A DNA stretch of 63,931 nt, filler included, from Reticulomyxa filosa (taxonomy: Eukaryota > Protista > Foraminifera): the NCBI GenBank assembly GCA_000512085.1. It is 19 parts of 19 records of this genome, joined end to end, with 100 filler letters (N's around TTAATTAATTAA, not from the genome) between each part and the next. Parts side by side here need not be neighbours in the genome. Positions count along the whole stretch, not along the records: positions 37,125 to 47,711 come from ASPP01005653.1; positions 47,812 to 52,072 come from ASPP01002557.1; 17 more parts are not named here. One strand, 5' to 3'. Numbering within the stretch: the first letter of the stretch is position 1; every line of letters begins with the position of its first letter. The notes beneath the pieces were generated by a model. The model saw only the letters and a program-made list of their open reading frames with translations. It made no database searches and was not told the origin of the DNA. The position numbers were made by a program, and so were the translations under genes. Of the stretch, positions 37,125-51,190 are shown piece by piece.

Positions 37125-39069
37125 AAATAAAGCATATTAATGAATGGATTCCTTTTATTAATAATAATAATAATGATAATAATAATAACAACAATATTAA
37201 TATTGGACTTAAACCAGATAATTATGCTGGAGTACGTGCAATAATTAGTGGATCAAATAATCATTTATTATTTATTGTTTATCCTTCAAGAAATTTTTGT
37301 ATATTTGATTTAAATAAATATCAAATAATTAAAAATGGATATTTATCAATAAATTGTGATCTTACTTTTCCTTGTTTTATATTAAAAAAAGAAAATGAAA
37401 TGTTATTATTTTGTCGAAATAAAGGATATTTATTAACGTATAATGAAAAAACTTGTACTATTTCATCTAAAAAAATATGGATTTGTTCACCAATGCAATT
37501 ACTTAGTTATTATGCATATATACATATTAATAATAATATATTATTTTTTGGTGGATATGATGGATTTAGATCTGAATCTGTTTCTAAATCATTATATAAA
37601 TATTCTATTGAAGAAAATACATGGACACAATTAGAATATACTTTACCATTACCATTATATGCTTGTTCTGCTATAATAAATGAACAAAAAGATGATACAT
37701 TTATACATATTATTGGAGGACAAAGTAATGATAATATTTTATTATCAACACATATGAAAATAAATATTAAAAAATTAATAAAAGAAGAATCTTTAAATGA
37801 ACAAATATGGAAATTTAAAGAACAAGAAAAAAGAGATATAAAAATGACTAAAAAAGATTTATCTTATATACAAAAAAATTTTAGTTTTAAAGATATAAAA
37901 GTTAAAATGAATAAATGAATTTGTTTATTTATTTATAAAAAATTATATACATATATTATATAATATAATAGAGACAAAAACAAATTAATATCATACTTAC
38001 ATATTGGAATCGATTATTATCTATTAAAATTGGTTGGATTGATGATTTTACTAAAATTATATCTCGATATATTTTGGTATATATGCATATATGTATATAT
38101 TATTTTTTATATTTATATATGTATATAATATATGTACATATATATGTATATATATTTATTTATTTATAGCTTGAATATTTTAAACCATTAAAAACATTTA
38201 TTGGACATTCTGATTATGTAAAATCTGCTACATTTTCACCAGATGGAAATACAATTGCTTCATGTTCTGAAGATAGAACAATTATATTATGGAATATAAC
38301 AACAGGAGATATAAAAAATATACTTAAGGGACATACAAATGATGTAAACGATATAAATTTTTCACCAAAAGGTGATCAAATTGTATCATGTTCTGCTGAT
38401 AATACTATTCGATTATGGGATACAAAATTAGGAATAGAAATAAAAAAATTAACAGGACATTCACATAATATAACAAGTGTAAATTTTTCACCACGAGATA
38501 ATAAAATTGTATCAAGTTCATGGGATAGAACTATTAGAATTTGGGATTTAAATTATATTATAAAAGATGAAACAGAAAAAATATTAACAGGACATAAAGA
38601 TATTATAAATTATGTACAATTTTCACCAGATGGACAACTTTTAGTATCATGTTCAAATGATAATTCTATTATTTTATGGAATGTAAATTCTGGTCAAATT
38701 TTTAATAAATTAATTGGTCATACCAATCATATATCAAAAGTTAAATTTTCTCCAACTGGTATTTATATTATATCATGTTCCAGAGATAAAACTATTCGAA
38801 TATGGGATATTGTATCAGGAAAAAATGTAACAACACTAAATGGACATTCTGATACTGTAAGAGATGTTATGTTTTCTTATGATTCAACTAAAATTATATC
38901 ATGTTCAATTGATCAAACTATTAGATTATGGGATGCAATATTAGGAACAGAGATACAAGTTTTAAGAGGACATTCTAATAATGTAACATCTGTTTCTTTT
39001 TCATCAGATGCACAATTTATTATTTCAAGTTCTATTGATAAAAAATTAGTGTTATGGGAACGATTATAA
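37125..39069 (+). CDS. Kelch-like propeller + GWI cassette + 7 WD40 repeats, 5' partial
   Basis: Kelch motifs ILFFGG..YKYSIEENTW and IHIIGG. Exons to 37900, 37972-38076 and 38170-39069. Seven GH..WD units. Confidence 0.9.
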
Positions 39070-39205
39070 CAATCATTTTTTTTTTTAAATGTTAATAATT
39101 TTTTATAATTACACATTATTCTTTGATAAAATTAAATATTTCTACTATCTTACATTTTTTTTTAAAAAATAATTATCACTTTTTTTTTTCAAAAAACCAA
39201 ATTAT

Positions 39206-40695
39206 TCAAACTTTTTTTCTTTGTACTTTGAACAATTTCTTTAATTTGGCTTCTAAAACATCAATATCTGTTTCATCTGATATCTCTGGAATGTCTGGAA
39301 ACCAATCAAAAGCAACAAACCAAAAAACAATTTCGCAAACACAAACCCCTTTATCATTAGTTAAAGGTAAACGATCAAATCTTCCATTTAAACATGTTTG
39401 AATAAATTTATTCACTAAATGAATGGGTGAATACGGATCTGTTGCTTGCTGTAAACGATGTGCAAATTCACTTGCACTCATTTTTCGATAAAGCTGATCT
39501 TCACCAGAATAAAGTGTTGACAATAAAATGTAATATACTTTCATTCTTCTTTTCTATTTGTATTGTTCATATTTGTATACATTTTTACTTTATTTAAAAA
39601 AAACAAAACAATAAGAATAATAAACTGTTTCGGAAATCGTCCATTTTTTGTTCCAATTGTGCAAAAGAAAAAAATTGCAAACTCTAAGCGATCGATGCTC
39701 ATCGAACCATCACAATCAACCGCATCAAACTCTTGCATTGCCAATTTTATTTGATTTTTGTTAACTCGGACTTTTTTATTGTCCACATGCATAAAAGAAA
39801 GCCATTGACGACGGTTTATGGATCCACAATTTTCAGCGTCTTTCAAACATATATGACCGTATATTCGTCCAGACAAATGCACATACAAACAATTCAAGAT
39901 TAAAAAAAGATTTCAAAAAAGTAAAAAAAAAAAAAAAGGTTCATTTGTGAGTTGATTGATTTACGTACCAACTTTTTCAAATAATAACATGCAGTCATGA
40001 TATCTAGAAATCAAGCCGTTACGTAATGACTGAATTAAAAAGCCATCTTTTTTATGGTTGGGCACAGAGCCATTGAGATCGCCATCGTCTAGGCATAACT
40101 CTGTTATTTGTCGCTGCGTTTCAGACACATCCAATGACACGTTTTCGCTACTGGCACCGTTTTGAGGATCCAATCGGTTATTAGCAACAGAAACTTGAGT
40201 ATTTTCAATTTCTGAATTTACGGAGGGATTGGAGGACCCAGTAACATTTTTCGATAGATTGTTTGCGAGGCCTTTCTTCCATTCCTCACCAATTTCTTTC
40301 GCACCAAATCGATCAGTAGCAAGTGGCACGTCTTTTGCAGGCTTTTTTTCTTGGTTAATTCCGGTTGAAGATGCTGTTGATTCGCTTTGGGTATTTACAG
40401 GTTTTGTTTGATTTTGAGCAAGGCCCGATGAATCTGCTGTTGGATCTTCATCCATATTTTGCAAGATGACCACTCCCTTTTCTACGTGAATTTTTGTTTT
40501 CGACGAATCAAACAAGTCCTCCAACTTAGGCAGACTCGCTAAGACTGACTGGCGTCGCAATGATTGCTCATTGAGAATCGTGGTCTTTTTTTTTAACAAT
40601 GGCAACGGTTGACCTCGGGGACGACTGGAATTACCAGACACATTGTCTTGTATTTTCTGTGGCTCTTGATCGGATTGTTTTTTATTTGGTTGCAT
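39206..40695 (-). CDS. EF-hand protein with disordered N-terminus, about 3 exons
   Basis: EF-like loops DAENCGSINRRQW and DCDGSMSIDRLEF. Confidence 0.7.
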
Positions 40696-41498
40696 TTGAT
40701 TTTCTTTTTTAGTTTGGAAAGTTTAGAGTTGCTAAAGATGAAAATGAAAAGATGATATCACATTGGCACTTATGAGTACTTAGAAATATTGTATGCTCTG
40801 CAAATGATACACTTTAACTGTGCTGTATTTTATTAAAGAGTCTTTATTCTTATAAACAGGAAAAAATTGTTTTGACAAAAGGATTTTTTTTGACTTTTTT
40901 AAAGTAAAGCTAAGGTTCTCTGGCCTGTTCGTTAAAATTTCCAAATTGTCGTGATATTTTCGTCATTAAAATGCTAAAGAGCCCAACCTGAAAATGGTTG
41001 CCAAATTCAAACACAGTTGATCATGAAGTTTACTCTTAAACTTGTCAACGAAGTTCTAAGGGACATTGTTAACTTATTTGACAATTAAATTATGTCTATT
41101 TCAATTGCGATTTCTTAGATTGCAACACTAGCAGCTTGAAAAATACCAAAAACAAACTGGCCATTTTTATTACTCTCGTTGCCCCTAGAACAATTTAACA
41201 GAGTAATTGAAGCATTTTGTTTGATACGAAGGTCGACGTTCAATATCTGTGCATAAGTAACACTCTGAGGTGTCCCTCAGCAGTTTTGTTTTAAAGTACT
41301 AAAAAGAAAAAACCCTCAATAAAAAAGAAAGACAATACAAAATTCAACAAACTAATCTAAAAAAACAAATGTAGTCTAGCAAAAAGCACAAACCACATAT
41401 TTTACATTTATCGCAAAAAGCCGTCAAAACACATTAAAAAAATGAATCATTAAGAATATATCAAGAAAAAAAAAAGAAAACAATAATTAAAAAAAAAA

Positions 41499-42761
41499 TT
41501 ATTTGAGAAATGATAACAATCCAGGACTATTTTCTTTCCCTGTTCGATTCATAAAATCACTGCGACAAGTGGAAGTGTAACATTTTTTTGTTTCTCCTCG
41601 GTCGCAATGCCTTGTCCAATCATTAACTAAAGCATCTTTGGTTCCCGCAAAATATTCACTTTTCAAATTGCCTTGATCGATCTGGTCGCGATATTTCTTT
41701 GCCAAGTTTTGACTCCAAATTAAAACGACATCACTGCCAAGAGTTTCGTATCTCACGTCTTCTTGTGCTAGCTTTGCCAACAGAGTGACGCATTCTTTTT
41801 TTGTCCCATTTTTGTTATGAACATTACCGAGAACACTTTCCCATTGCATACTCAAATGTTGATTGTCAGATTTTTGGACCTGCTTTTGCCACCACTTTTT
41901 CGTGTATTTGAGAAAAGGATTGCAATGCAAATTGCTCGACAAGTACCAGAGATTGCGACACCAATTGGACTCATGTATGACAATGTAATACTTAGCAAAC
42001 ATCTGCAATTGCACCGAACTCAAAATGGACATCATAAAATCGTATCTCGTTTGCTTACTAAGATAAAGCCATCCCAAATGTCCGACTTCGGGATGAATAT
42101 CGGCCGGATTCGTTATCACACGCAGTCGTTTCACACGTGAATAATGCGATTTTTGTAACCTTGCTGTAAACTTTTCAATCGGTTCTTTCGACTCGCTCGT
42201 CACGATTATTGTGTCGATCTCCGGGTCGAGTACCGTCAGTATTTCCACCACTGTCAAAAACTGCTTTATTGTCACACATTTTATTTCTGCCGTTAGGGAT
42301 ATTGCGCATTTGTCTCCATTTCGAATCGCCAAAGCTATTGTCCTCCCTTTGTGTCCACAGTGTGTATATACGTATTTTTTTCTTTTTTTTTTTAAAAAAA
42401 AAGATTGAGAAAGAGAATAATAACAATAAAATAGTTTTAGTTTAAGTGCGATTTTTTTTTTAATCAACCTTTACACAAGTACCCCCTTTTTTTTTTTTAA
42501 TTTGTGGACACACAAAAAAAAAAAAAAAAAAAAATTGAACCACTTGCCTCAGAAGAGAAAAAGGGTTAATGAAATAATGTACAAAGACAATAAAACAAAA
42601 CAAAAAAAAAAAAAAATAGATACGTACCCATTTGCGGAAACACAACGGTGCCATTGACTGTGAAAGCACGAACCATGATATCATCAATAATATCTTGGAT
42701 AGAAGGCTGCAATCGCAAAAAGTAATTGACTAGAAACGCATGCATCTGAACGACGGACAAA

Positions 42762-42795
<34 letters not shown>

Positions 42796-43795
42796 GCACC
42801 AGCAACGCTTGTGATGAAGGCGACTTGCCACCCCAACGGTTGAGCATACGAAATTCAATTTGTGCCCCTTCTTCACTGATGGTGGCTTCTCTGGGTTTGT
42901 TCGTAAGTACTTTCCTTCCTCCAACGCTACGTATCCATTGCAGTTTGTCGTTGGCACCCTTTTTATAAGGGTTCGCCTTAACGTACTTTCGCAGCTTGTT
43001 CAACTCTTGTGTACTCACAAATTCGTTTGTGTCACATAAAGAGGCAGGACGCACATAGCACCGATGCGAAATACAATTTTTGTCTTTCATGGTGTCAATG
43101 TCCACATAACTCCATAGACCATCCATGATCAAACTTCGATAAAAATGTTCACTGGTAAATAGCGCATTAACCCAATCTTGGCTTAATTGTGAGAATATTC
43201 CATTCATTTTCTGATGAGTGAACAGCACGACGTTGCTAATGTTTCTGCAGTATTCGTGGACCTTAAATTTTATCCATTCGTTCCCAGTCGTCGTTGCTGT
43301 GTCGTTGGGAGGGGATAACAGCAAATACCACAACTGATGAACTGTAAGGTCACTCAAGATGTTATAGAAGGCTTTGTATGTATGCAGGTCTTCATGCAGG
43401 GCGTATGCTTCCATGTCCAAAGGGCACAACATTTCATCGTTCAAAAAATAGTTGCCGCCTGTCAATTTTTTAGGTATACTTACGACATGAGGCCCAGGGT
43501 AATGCCGGAAGGGAATGCTTATTTCATGCATTTCGTTATCTTCCTTTGTATGGTTATTCGTGCTGTTCGTTACGGTTGTCTTCGTGGCACTTTTGCTGCT
43601 CAGATAGTCTTCGTAGGTATGGTAACTCGATTGGTGGATCAATAACGACGCCGAAATTGGCATCAACAAGGGCGGATCCTCCATCTGCAACGAAGCAATC
43701 AGCAAACTTACTCTTACCAACATTACCGTTACTAACACAAACAAACAGATATAATTTGGTAAATTCCAGCGAGTATTTTCTTTTTTTGGCCACAT
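41499..43795 (-). CDS. Type II membrane glycosyltransferase, FUT8/NodZ (GT23)-like
   Basis: N-terminal TM helix, then IALAIRNGDK (motif I), IIVTSES (motif II) and AKYYIVIHESNWCR (motif III). One intron ~42347-42626. Confidence 0.7.
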
Positions 43796-45714
43796 TATGA
43801 TAGCACTGAAGTGTCGACTTCAATATAAAAGAAGAGAAACAATAGTTGCTTAAGAACTTGGGACGTTTGTGAGAAAACAAAAAACAAAGTTTGAACTAAA
43901 GCTACTAGTAAATTTTTTAAAAAATTGAAGGTAGAATCATATCAAACAACAGTACGATAAATGTTAGCTATTTTTCTTGTATTAATGCTTATTTATTAAT
44001 TTATTCGTTTTCAATTTTAGTTTAAATTTAGTTCAATAGTAAAATTATTTTTTGGTAATACTTCTACAACTGTTAACTACATTCACTGCCACATGATTAT
44101 TCACTTCCTAAAATTTGAAATTTGTACTACTGTTGTCACAAACTAAAAAATTGAAAAAAAAAGGGATTAGAATAGATACAACCGGATTATGTGTTACACG
44201 CATTTTGAAACTTTACTAATAAAAGAAATCATAAATCGAAAAGTATGTACATGTAGAAACAAGTTAATATAGATTATCAGATACTGACGACAATTATGTA
44301 ATGCAAATGGTAATGAAGAAACAATGTTGAAATAATGCAAGACAGTATTTGAAATGATAAGTAAATAGTATTGCAAAAGCAAAAATTATGTTTTATGTAG
44401 AAATGCAGTAAATAACTTTAGTGTAGGCTGTAAACATTTGTTTGAAATTACATCAGAGAAAGATACAAAATTGTATTAATACACAAAGTTGATTATGTGA
44501 TTTGAACATATGTACGTTGTCTCCAAATATAGATATGATTGCATTTAAGATATGTTTGTAATTCCACAGTATGTATATTTACATATCAACGATATTTCGA
44601 TTGGACTGACACAAACGAAAAACATTCACATTTTCACGGAAACTGAAATAAGCAAAATATTTTCGTAATCAAACATTTATTAACTAATTTTTACAAATTA
44701 GAATTTATAGTTAACTATTGAAGCATGAATTTTTTTCAAATGTAATTTTATTTCTAGGGAATATACAAACATCAAATAAATTGCAGAAAATCTAATTTTA
44801 TTAATGAAGTAATGTACCTAAAAAACCAAATAAAAAAATAACAAAAGATAATACAAGAAAAATGAAAAATGAAACGTTTTAGTGACAAAAGCTTTAAAGT
44901 AATTTCTACATTATAATAGTTAGTATTGCATAGCAATACAAAATATTATGTAGCAACGTCCTATTGCTTGTGGACAAGGTTAATGTACCTTGAAATCCAT
45001 TGTAAGGCAAGGTCCTTCAAGTGTAAAGGTAGGACGTATGAACACAGGAATCCCTTTTTTCCAAAATGTACTTATTACTATTTCACTTTTCTTTTGTGCG
45101 TTTTGTTTGCTCATCTATTTTCTATTATTTGAATCATTATTCTTAATGAAGTTTGCGTAAAAGACGATCATTCATATTACACTCAAAAATGTTTCCTACA
45201 GCTTGTTGGTTGTTTGCAGAATTTATCACAAATGTGATTGATATCCGAATTAACAAAATTAAAAATCCTAAAGTAAAATGCACCTATAAAGGCAAATTAT
45301 TGAACAATTAAAAAAAGTGTTTGCATGTGCTCACCTAATACAAAGCAAACTATATCATAGTAAAAATTCATTAAAAAAATGAAGAAAGATCTCCAAAAGA
45401 TTTTGTCAAAATTAGAGCAATAATAAAAATCAAGCAATTCTATTGGCGTTTTTTTGGTAAATAAAATCAAATTTCTTGTATCATTTTTAGTGAAAGTTTG
45501 ATTTAAGTGTTTCAAAAAGTATATTAAGAACATAAATTTTTGTTTATATTATGAATTTTTGGAGTTTCGAAAATGTAGAAATGTAAAGGCTAATCTTGGC
45601 CTATCTTTGCAAACAAATGCTTACAATGTAACGTAAATATATGTATCAATCCCTAAAACAAATTATGAAAAGTTAAAAACAGTATTAAAAAAATCGTTTA
45701 ATGAAAGCGCACAA

Positions 45715-46986
45715 CTATATTTGCATTGATTGCAGATTTCCTTGGCATAAGTCGCGGATACGTTCTGCCAAGATTATTCTATCATCTTTATTTGTAACAC
45801 CCAAAGTTTGCAAATCTTCTCTGTCAAACAGTGTTAAGTCTGTCCCTTGAAAGGGTTGTATGTGATCTTTACTCCATCGCAATTTCATTTCGTCCACAGA
45901 TATAAAATATTTTGCAAATTGTTTGTCATCAATACGTGTTAAATACAAATGAAAGTCCTCCATGCCCCATCCCTTCCAACTTTTCAAAAACAATTCCAAT
46001 TTTTCAGCTGATTTTGTATTACGTGTTTAAGACAAATTTGTGCTTGCACTACTTGTAGCATTTCCTCATATGATTGGTTTTGAGACTTTTCTTCATTTAT
46101 TATTTTATTCCATTCCTCTTCTATCCAATGAGGAGAGTTTGTCAACATTGAGCTGTCGTTTTCGTTGAAAGACGACGGCGTTCCTGGTGTCGCACTTATG
46201 TTTTCCAGGGTTGGTAGATTTACTTGATCTAATGTTCCATTTGCATGATCAAAGCAATGACTATGTTCTGTTGTTTGTATTGATAGTTGAAATGAATTGA
46301 TAATGTTTTTAATCAATTTGTTTTTCCTTTTTTCAGGTTTTAACATAGAAACGGACCTGATTCACTTGAACAAAGTTTGTGATCTGAAATATGCAATTTA
46401 TCGGCTTTTTGTTGCAGGTGAATATCGTCTCCGCTTATTATGTTTTTTTCTGCTTCATGCAATTCGCATTTTTTTTCTAGTATCACTTTTTTTAAAAAAT
46501 AAAAAACCTTATTCGGTAAATGTTTGAAGACATTTTATGAATGTTACATTGAAATAACAACAAGGAAGCAAAATAAACAATAAAATTGTTGATACATGTT
46601 GAAGTTGGTGGTTGTATGCATTGCTTAGGTATTGTTTCCATTTTTTCTGAAGTAATGTTTGGGGACCATAACAACGGAGAGAACAAGTGACAAGACTCCG
46701 TTTTTATCAATTTTTCATCACTTAAAAAAGGAAGCAACGGAGCCGAATCTAAATTTGGTAAATCCAAAGCCATTATGTTATTTACGTCGCTGAATGTTGA
46801 AGATGTACTGTTCTTGTCGCTGTCTTCATGAAGCACACAATCTCTGCCGCATGGAGCACTTATGGACAAAATATTTTCTTTGGTCCAATTTTCATGCAAA
46901 TATGCCCTTTCTTTTGTTTGTTTGAGCGGAGTTATGTCTATTGAAAGTAATTTTATGTTTTTTCGTCTCTTCGAGAGCTTGTTCAT
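45715..46986 (-). CDS. Protein with C-terminal SAM domain
   Basis: WGMEDFHLYL..FAKY..FQGTDL..DREDLQTLGV..DRIILAERI. Needs one extra base at the run 46000-46004. Confidence 0.7.
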
Positions 46987-47811
46987 TACAGTTGTATTTC
47001 AATAGCACTAAATTGATTTCCATGCAAAAAAAATTTTGAGTGTTTTAACTTTTCTTTCTGCTATTTTTACAATGCGTTGATTCCTTGAAAGCAGTCAACA
47101 AATGATAAATAAAAACACAAACAACTTTGCATATTAGAAAAAGGTAGATAAGAAAAAAAGTAATATATAACATCACAATATCTCTTGTCGCCGCAAGTAC
47201 TTTGAACATATGTTGTCATGTACACAAATTTTGTTTATTTTTTGTTTGTGTTGATGACGCCAAAAATGCCAATACTGACGTAAGGTTAGAACAAAAGCCA
47301 AAAACACACAAGTAAATTTAAACAATAAAGATATTGTGAATTAACACAAAGAAAAGTTGTTTGTTGTGAATGGAAACATATCAATGTAATTTAAAAATAA
47401 AAACTGTGACATTTTTACTAATCAAAGTAATTTTCTTCAACACGTAATACGGTGACATTATATTTTTTGTTTTAAGATTTGAGTTCAAAGAAAAAAATGC
47501 ATAATTTTTGACAAGAAATTTGTAAGACTCGTTGAAACGTGGGAGTACATTCTTACTAAAACTTTACTTCTATACTTTCTAGCGTTTTCTTTGTTGTTTA
47601 GTTTATTTACATCGAAAATACAATGATAATTAAGACATTTAACCTTTGATATAATTCAATTGTTTCAAATACAGTAGATTGCAAAAAAAACTGCCATACC
47701 TAAATGGCACTNNNNNNNNNNNNNNNNNNNNNNNNNNNNNNNNNNNNNNNNNNNNTTAATTAATTAANNNNNNNNNNNNNNNNNNNNNNNNNNNNNNNNN
47801 NNNNNNNNNNN

Positions 47812-48304
47812 CAAATCCTCAAAGTGTTGACTCCAATCCTCTTTTTCCATTTCGTAACGGAAATTCGGATCAGCGGAATTTTTTGGACACCATGTCATGA
47901 GTTTATCTTCTTTCGTTATTAGTAAGCATCGCTTTGTTTGTAGAATTATACACATACATATACATATTTTTATTTTATTTAATAATTAAAAATATATATA
48001 TTAGCCCAACCATTTTTAGCGTGTAATACATTGCTTTTCTATTTTTATTGAGTTCATTCCAAACATCCATTAAGTCACCATCATTGTCAAGTTGATCATC
48101 TGGATTGTCATTTTTTACAAAAAGAAATGTGGATGTATTTGTCAATTTTAGCTGCTCTTTGATCATTTGCAACAATTGTTCCCAATTTGCCGAGCCTTGT
48201 GGCATTCGTCCATTGCTATCCAGCTGATTAGGCTTGAAAACGAATTGTTCTTTGCCATAAGATTCGATCGCAAAATATTTTCCCTTTTATTGTTTGTCAG
48301 TCAT
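47812..48304 (-). pseudogene. PB1-like repeat protein with an early in-frame stop, 3' partial
   Basis: ATG at 48304 gives MTDKQ*KGKYFAI.., continuing in frame to WEQLLQMIKEQL..DDQLDNDGDL (acidic OPCA-like motif). Could instead start at the Met at 48205. Confidence 0.45.
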
Positions 48305-48888
48305 ATGTTTTAACGCGTGTAACAAGTGGCTCCAATATCTCTTTTCCCTCTTTTTTTGTTTTTGCAGGCTTGACAAAACAAACTTGTTTTGACATATCTC
48401 TTTACGATTGAAAAACTGAAATTTTTTTATTTCAGATAAAAATTAAAAGATATTTTCTCATGGAACGAGTTTCAGTGTTAAACCCCCTGTTCTTTTAACT
48501 GCGTTTAGTTGATCTAAATTAGAATTATGTCATATTCTTTTTAATCGAGAGTTCTATAGCTTGTCCCACGTTTACTTTGTTTTGTTAAATTCTTAAATTT
48601 TTATGTAAAAAAGTTAAAAGGTAGTATTTGTTTGGCCAGGCTATAATGAAGATAATTAATCGTGATACACTTGTTTGCATATACTTCTTTAAAAAAGAAA
48701 TGAATAAGACCTTTTCAAAATTTTGTACGTTTCATGACATTATTTTTTCTACAATATCACATATGTATATACTCACTTCGTTTCAGAGGGACCGAGAGAT
48801 TAAAAAAGAAACCCCCTTTTTTTGAGGTATATATAATAACAAATATCCAGAGGGAGCTGTGGGGAAAGTAAAAAAAAAGACAAGTAAA

Positions 48889-50238
48889 ATGAATAGACAT
48901 AAAAATGTGTCTCAGCCCCCTCAGCACGAGGAGGTTTGCCGACGAAGCAGGAAGGGCCAGCAAGCGAGAAGTCGTCAGACACAGCAGGGAGATGGAAGCA
49001 GTTGTTGGCATTGGCGATGGTGACAGCAGTGGGTGTGGCGTTGTACCACTACCGACAGAAGCAAGGGACAAGCAGCGGAGCAGGTCGCGAGAACAGAGAC
49101 GACAGTACACTCGGGGCGGAGCTGATAACCCCAAGTGGGGCAGAGGAGCAAATTAATTTGGATGAAGAAGACGAAGAAGAAGAAGAAGAGGAGGAAATAA
49201 TTATCGGTGAGGTTTAAAAAAAAGAATTTTTTTTTTTTTTTTTCCAACCCTTTTTTTTACCCTTTTTTTTTAAAAAAAAAAAAAGATGAAAAAGATCGTG
49301 AACAATTCCAAAACGAGATGAAATCAGTATCAAAAAAGGACGAAGAGATGGAGAACCGGTTGAAAACACGGCGTTTCGCAAGTGTGTTAAAGAACGCGCA
49401 CATAACGAACGGAAAAAAAGAGCACTACTTCCACCTGATGTTGGATTCGGAGAGCAAAGAGTTGAACCGTTTCCTGCGCGTGAAAGTGGTGTTGATTGTG
49501 AGAGGCAAGTCGGACGTGATGATGGTGGCGAGAAGATTATTGCACGAATTTCCGACGGGTTTGATCGACCACGACTGGAGCGACGAGGACGTGGAGCAAG
49601 CAATGCATCCTATTGGCGACACGAGTCGCTATTATCTGCTGCAAATGGGACCCATTGTAATTGTGTCGTGTGGCATTGGCGCATCGAGTCTGTCGATCCT
49701 GTTGGAGGAAATTACCAAGTTACTCGTCGATGCAGGCGCATTCCATTGCAGTGAACAGAACACGTCACTCCAGTATAATACTAGCTACGTTGAGTATATT
49801 ATGCTGCTCACTTGTCCGGGCATTGGCATTGGGCCATCACCTTTCCTCCATCGCAGAGTCAACTCGGCTGATAAAAATGCGTCGTCGTCGTCGTCACTGT
49901 CGTCATCGTCCTCTTTGACGCCACACAGCACCAGAGTCAGCGCACATGCCTCGCAGGGACATACCTTTTCCTTTGATAATGATATGAAACTCGACAGAAG
50001 TCGCAATGCTGCGGGCAGTGGCGTCGCTAATGCCACTCACAATGAACACAGTCGCTTTGGCGGATCTGCTGCACTCGGACCCTTGCAACGTGCACGCTCG
50101 CAGTCGTGGGTCGATGTCGATCGCACACACTTGAAACTTGCTAACAATGGCAAGGCCAGCAACGACGATAGTGTCAATGTCTCGTCGTTCTCTTCTTTGG
50201 ATAGCAGCAGACATAGTCTTCATAGTGTCAATAATGCC

Positions 50239-50270
<32 letters not shown>

Positions 50271-51190
50271 TAATAATAACAATAATAATAATAATAATGG
50301 CCATAGTATCCATGACAAAAACAAAAACAAAGCGAAAGAACAACGCCCTTCTATCATGACGGTCGGGGATGTCCCCATTGTCATCCCTACTTCATGCGTG
50401 AATGAACAGCTTATCAATCGTCGCATTGTCATAGCCTGTGGCAACCAACTCGAACGCGAAATGCTTTTTGAACGCCATCTAGTACAAAACATCAAATTGC
50501 ACTGCACTCCATGCAACCTTCGTCCCAAATCGGGCAAGGGATTGACTGTTAACCATCCCAACGAATGCATCGCCTTCAAATCTTCCGTCACTTCACAAAC
50601 CAATCAAGTCAAAAAAAAATTCATTGAAGATTGCGTGGCTAATCACATCAAATACATCGATATGGAAGTTTTGTATATGCACCATGTGTATATATACATA
50701 TTTATTTATTTATTTATATACCTGTGTAAATATACATACGCACATAATGTGTATATGACTACGTATAAACATGTACATATACAATATACATATATATATA
50801 TGTATATATTGTATATACTTCAGTCTGGCTATTTGGCATCGTTCTGCTCGGAATTAAGTATTTCTAGTGCTGCCATTATTGGCATTGAGTATGATATCAC
50901 TTTCACCAGTGAAGAAAACAAAAATATGAATAAAGACAAAAATAGCAAAGACAGAGGACAACAACACACTTCTGATTCCATCAAAATCTCTCATGAAGTT
51001 GCTTTGCAAGCGACTTTGGATGTCTTGTGTCAGTATTTGTATGACCGTCTGTTCAGTCCCAAAGCCGTTGAACGAAAAAATAGTCACAAAAAAGATCTCG
51101 TCAAACAAGGGATTACTCCCGGTGGAGACGATGAAGCTGTTTCAAATGAAGGCGAACCTGGATTTACCACTGGTGAACCACATGAAACAT
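48889..51190 (+). CDS. Uridine phosphorylase-like protein with N-terminal membrane anchor, probably inactive
   Basis: TSRYYLLQMGP..VSCGIGASSLSILLEEITKLL, TCPGIGI and IKYIDME|SG match eukaryotic UPP. Introns 49207-49285 and ~50668-50823. Start and last exon are uncertain. Confidence 0.8.

Noticed and set aside
20318-48304. Stop-codon reassignment suggested by in-frame stops
   Set aside because: Conserved genes end normally at TAA or TGA, and the interrupted loci mix all three stops, mostly with frameshifts.
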